From Botryllus schlosseri (taxonomy: Eukaryota), in NCBI GenBank assembly GCA_051294905.1, contig CM119371.1:35466001-35530000 (forward strand): a stretch of 64,000 nucleotides of DNA, written 5' to 3'. Of this stretch, positions 62,071-64,000 are shown one piece after another. The stretch's first letter is position 1; each line of letters opens with the position of its first letter. The notes below the pieces were generated by a model. The model was not told where the DNA came from and ran no database searches. It saw only the letters and a list, made by a program, of their open reading frames with translations. Both the position numbers and the translations under genes were made by a program.

Positions 62071-64000
62071 CACTTTTAACCACGTTCAGGAGTCGAGGCT
62101 TGTCCCAAAGCATATTCGAACCGAGTTTTAGCTAATTCTACCGTCTAGTTCGAGTCTAATTTCATCTCTACTTTTCAGAGAAATTGCACGAGTATCATCA
62201 CCTGACCAACGTCTTTCGCAAAATTACACGTATAGCTCTCGGATTAAAGACGCCGATATTTCTATCTTAGACAAGTGCTCCACTTTTAACCACGTTCAGG
62301 AGTCGAGGCTTGTCCCAAAGCATAATCGAACCGAATTTCAGCCAATTCTACCGTCTAGTTCGAGTCGAATCTCATCTCTACTTTTCAGAGAAATAGCGCG
62401 AGTATCATCACCTGGCCAACGTCTTTCGCAAAATTACACGTATAGCTCTCGGATTAAAGACGCCGATATTTCTATCTTAGCCAAGTGCTCCACTTTTAAT
62501 CACGTTCACGAGTCGAGGCTTGTCCCAAAGCATAATCGAACCGAGTTTTAGCCAATTCTACCGTCTAGTTCGAGTCGAATTTCATCTCTACTTTTCAGAG
62601 AAATTGCACGAGTATCATCACCTGGCCAACGTCTTTCGCAAAATTACACGTATAGCTTTCGGATTAAAGACGCCGATATTTCTATCTTAGACAAGTGCTC
62701 CACTTTTAATCACGTTCACGAGTCGAGGCTTGTCCCAAAGCATAATCGAACCGAGTTTTAGCCAATTCTACCGTCTAGTTCGAGTCGAATTTCATCTCTA
62801 CTTTTCAGAGAAATTGCACGAGTATCATCACCTGGCCAACGTCTTTCGCAAAATTACACGTATAGCTTTCGGATTAAAGACGCCGATATTTCTATCTTAG
62901 ACAAGTGCTCCACTTTTAATCACGTTCAGGAGTCGAGGCTTGTCCCAAAGCATAATCGAACCGAGTTTTAGCCAATTCTACCGTCTAGTTCGAGTCGAAT
63001 CTCATCTCTACTTTTCAGAGAAATAGCGCGAGTATCATCACTTGGCCAACGTCTTTCGCAAAATTACACGTATAGCTCTCGGATTAAAGACGCCGATATT
63101 TCTATCTTAGCCAAGTGCTCCACTTTTAATCACGTTCACGAGTCGAGGCTTGTCCCAAAGCATAATCGAACCGAGTTTTAGCCAATTCTACCGTCTAGTT
63201 CGAGTCGAATTTCATCTCTACTTTTCAGAGAAATTGCACGAGTATCATCACCTGGCCAACGTCTTTCGCAAAATTACACGTATAGCTCTCGGATTAAAGA
63301 CGCCGATATTTCTATCTTAGACAAGTGCTCCACGTTTAACCACGTTCAGGAGTCGAGGCTTGTCCCAAAGCATAATCGAACCTAATTTAAGCCAATTCTA
63401 CCGTCTAGTTCGAGTCGAATATCATCTCTACTTTTCAGAGAAATTGCACGAGTATCATCACCTGGCCAACGTTTTTCGCAAAATTACACGTATAGCTCTC
63501 GGATTAAAGACGCCGATATTTCTATCTTAGACGAGTGCTCCACTTTTAATTACGTTCACGAGTCGAGGCTTGTCCCAAAGCATAATCGAACCGAGTTTTA
63601 GCCAATTCTACCGTCTAGTTCGAGTCGAATTTCATCTCTACTTTTCAGAGAAATTGCACGAGTATCATCACCTGGCCAACGTCTTTCGCAAAATTACACG
63701 TATAGCTTTCGGATTAAAGACGCCGATATTTCTATCTTAGACAAGTGCTCCACTTTTAATCACGTTCAGGAGTCGAGGCTTGTCCCAAAGCATAATCGAA
63801 CCGAGTTTTAGCCAATTCTACCGTCTAGTTCGAGTCGAATTTCATCTCTACTTTTCAGAGAAATTGCACGAGTATCATCACCTGGCCAACGTCTTTCGCA
63901 AAATTACACGTATAGCTCTCGGATTAAAGACGCCGATATTTCTATCTTAGACAAGTGCTCCACTTTTAATCACGTTCAGGAGTCGAGGCTTGTCCCAAAG

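Larger units (their letters stand above)
57815..64000. repeat. Same 210-bp satellite array resumed, about 29.5 copies (probably continues beyond the window end)
   Basis: The satellite resumes in the same orientation and register at TACACGTATAGCTCTCGG, directly after the (TAA)6 tail. Confidence 0.99.

Overview
This is a eukaryotic window, not a prokaryotic one. About 91% of it is one head-to-tail array of a 210-bp satellite (hand count about 42% GC, 14 CpG per monomer, about 278 monomers, nearly all variation is substitution). It resembles a centromeric or pericentromeric satellite, but that role is an inference. Shared variants show the array grew by nested multi-monomer duplications (5-, 8-, 10-, 11-, 14-, 15- and about 18-mers) rather than one fixed higher-order repeat. 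A single apparently full-length, intact non-LTR retrotransposon of the I group (I/Nimb-like) interrupts it at 52260-57814. It has ORF1 with three CCHC knuckles, ORF2 with APE endonuclease, RT, RNase H and a CCHC finger, a (TAA)6 tail and a perfect 13-bp TSD. The most intriguing signals are at the junctions: the element's 3' end (CAAAAT-TA) copies the satellite sequence at the insertion site, and an 11-monomer duplication ends within a 60-bp interval containing that site. Together these make it a candidate satellite-targeting LINE, which a single copy cannot prove.
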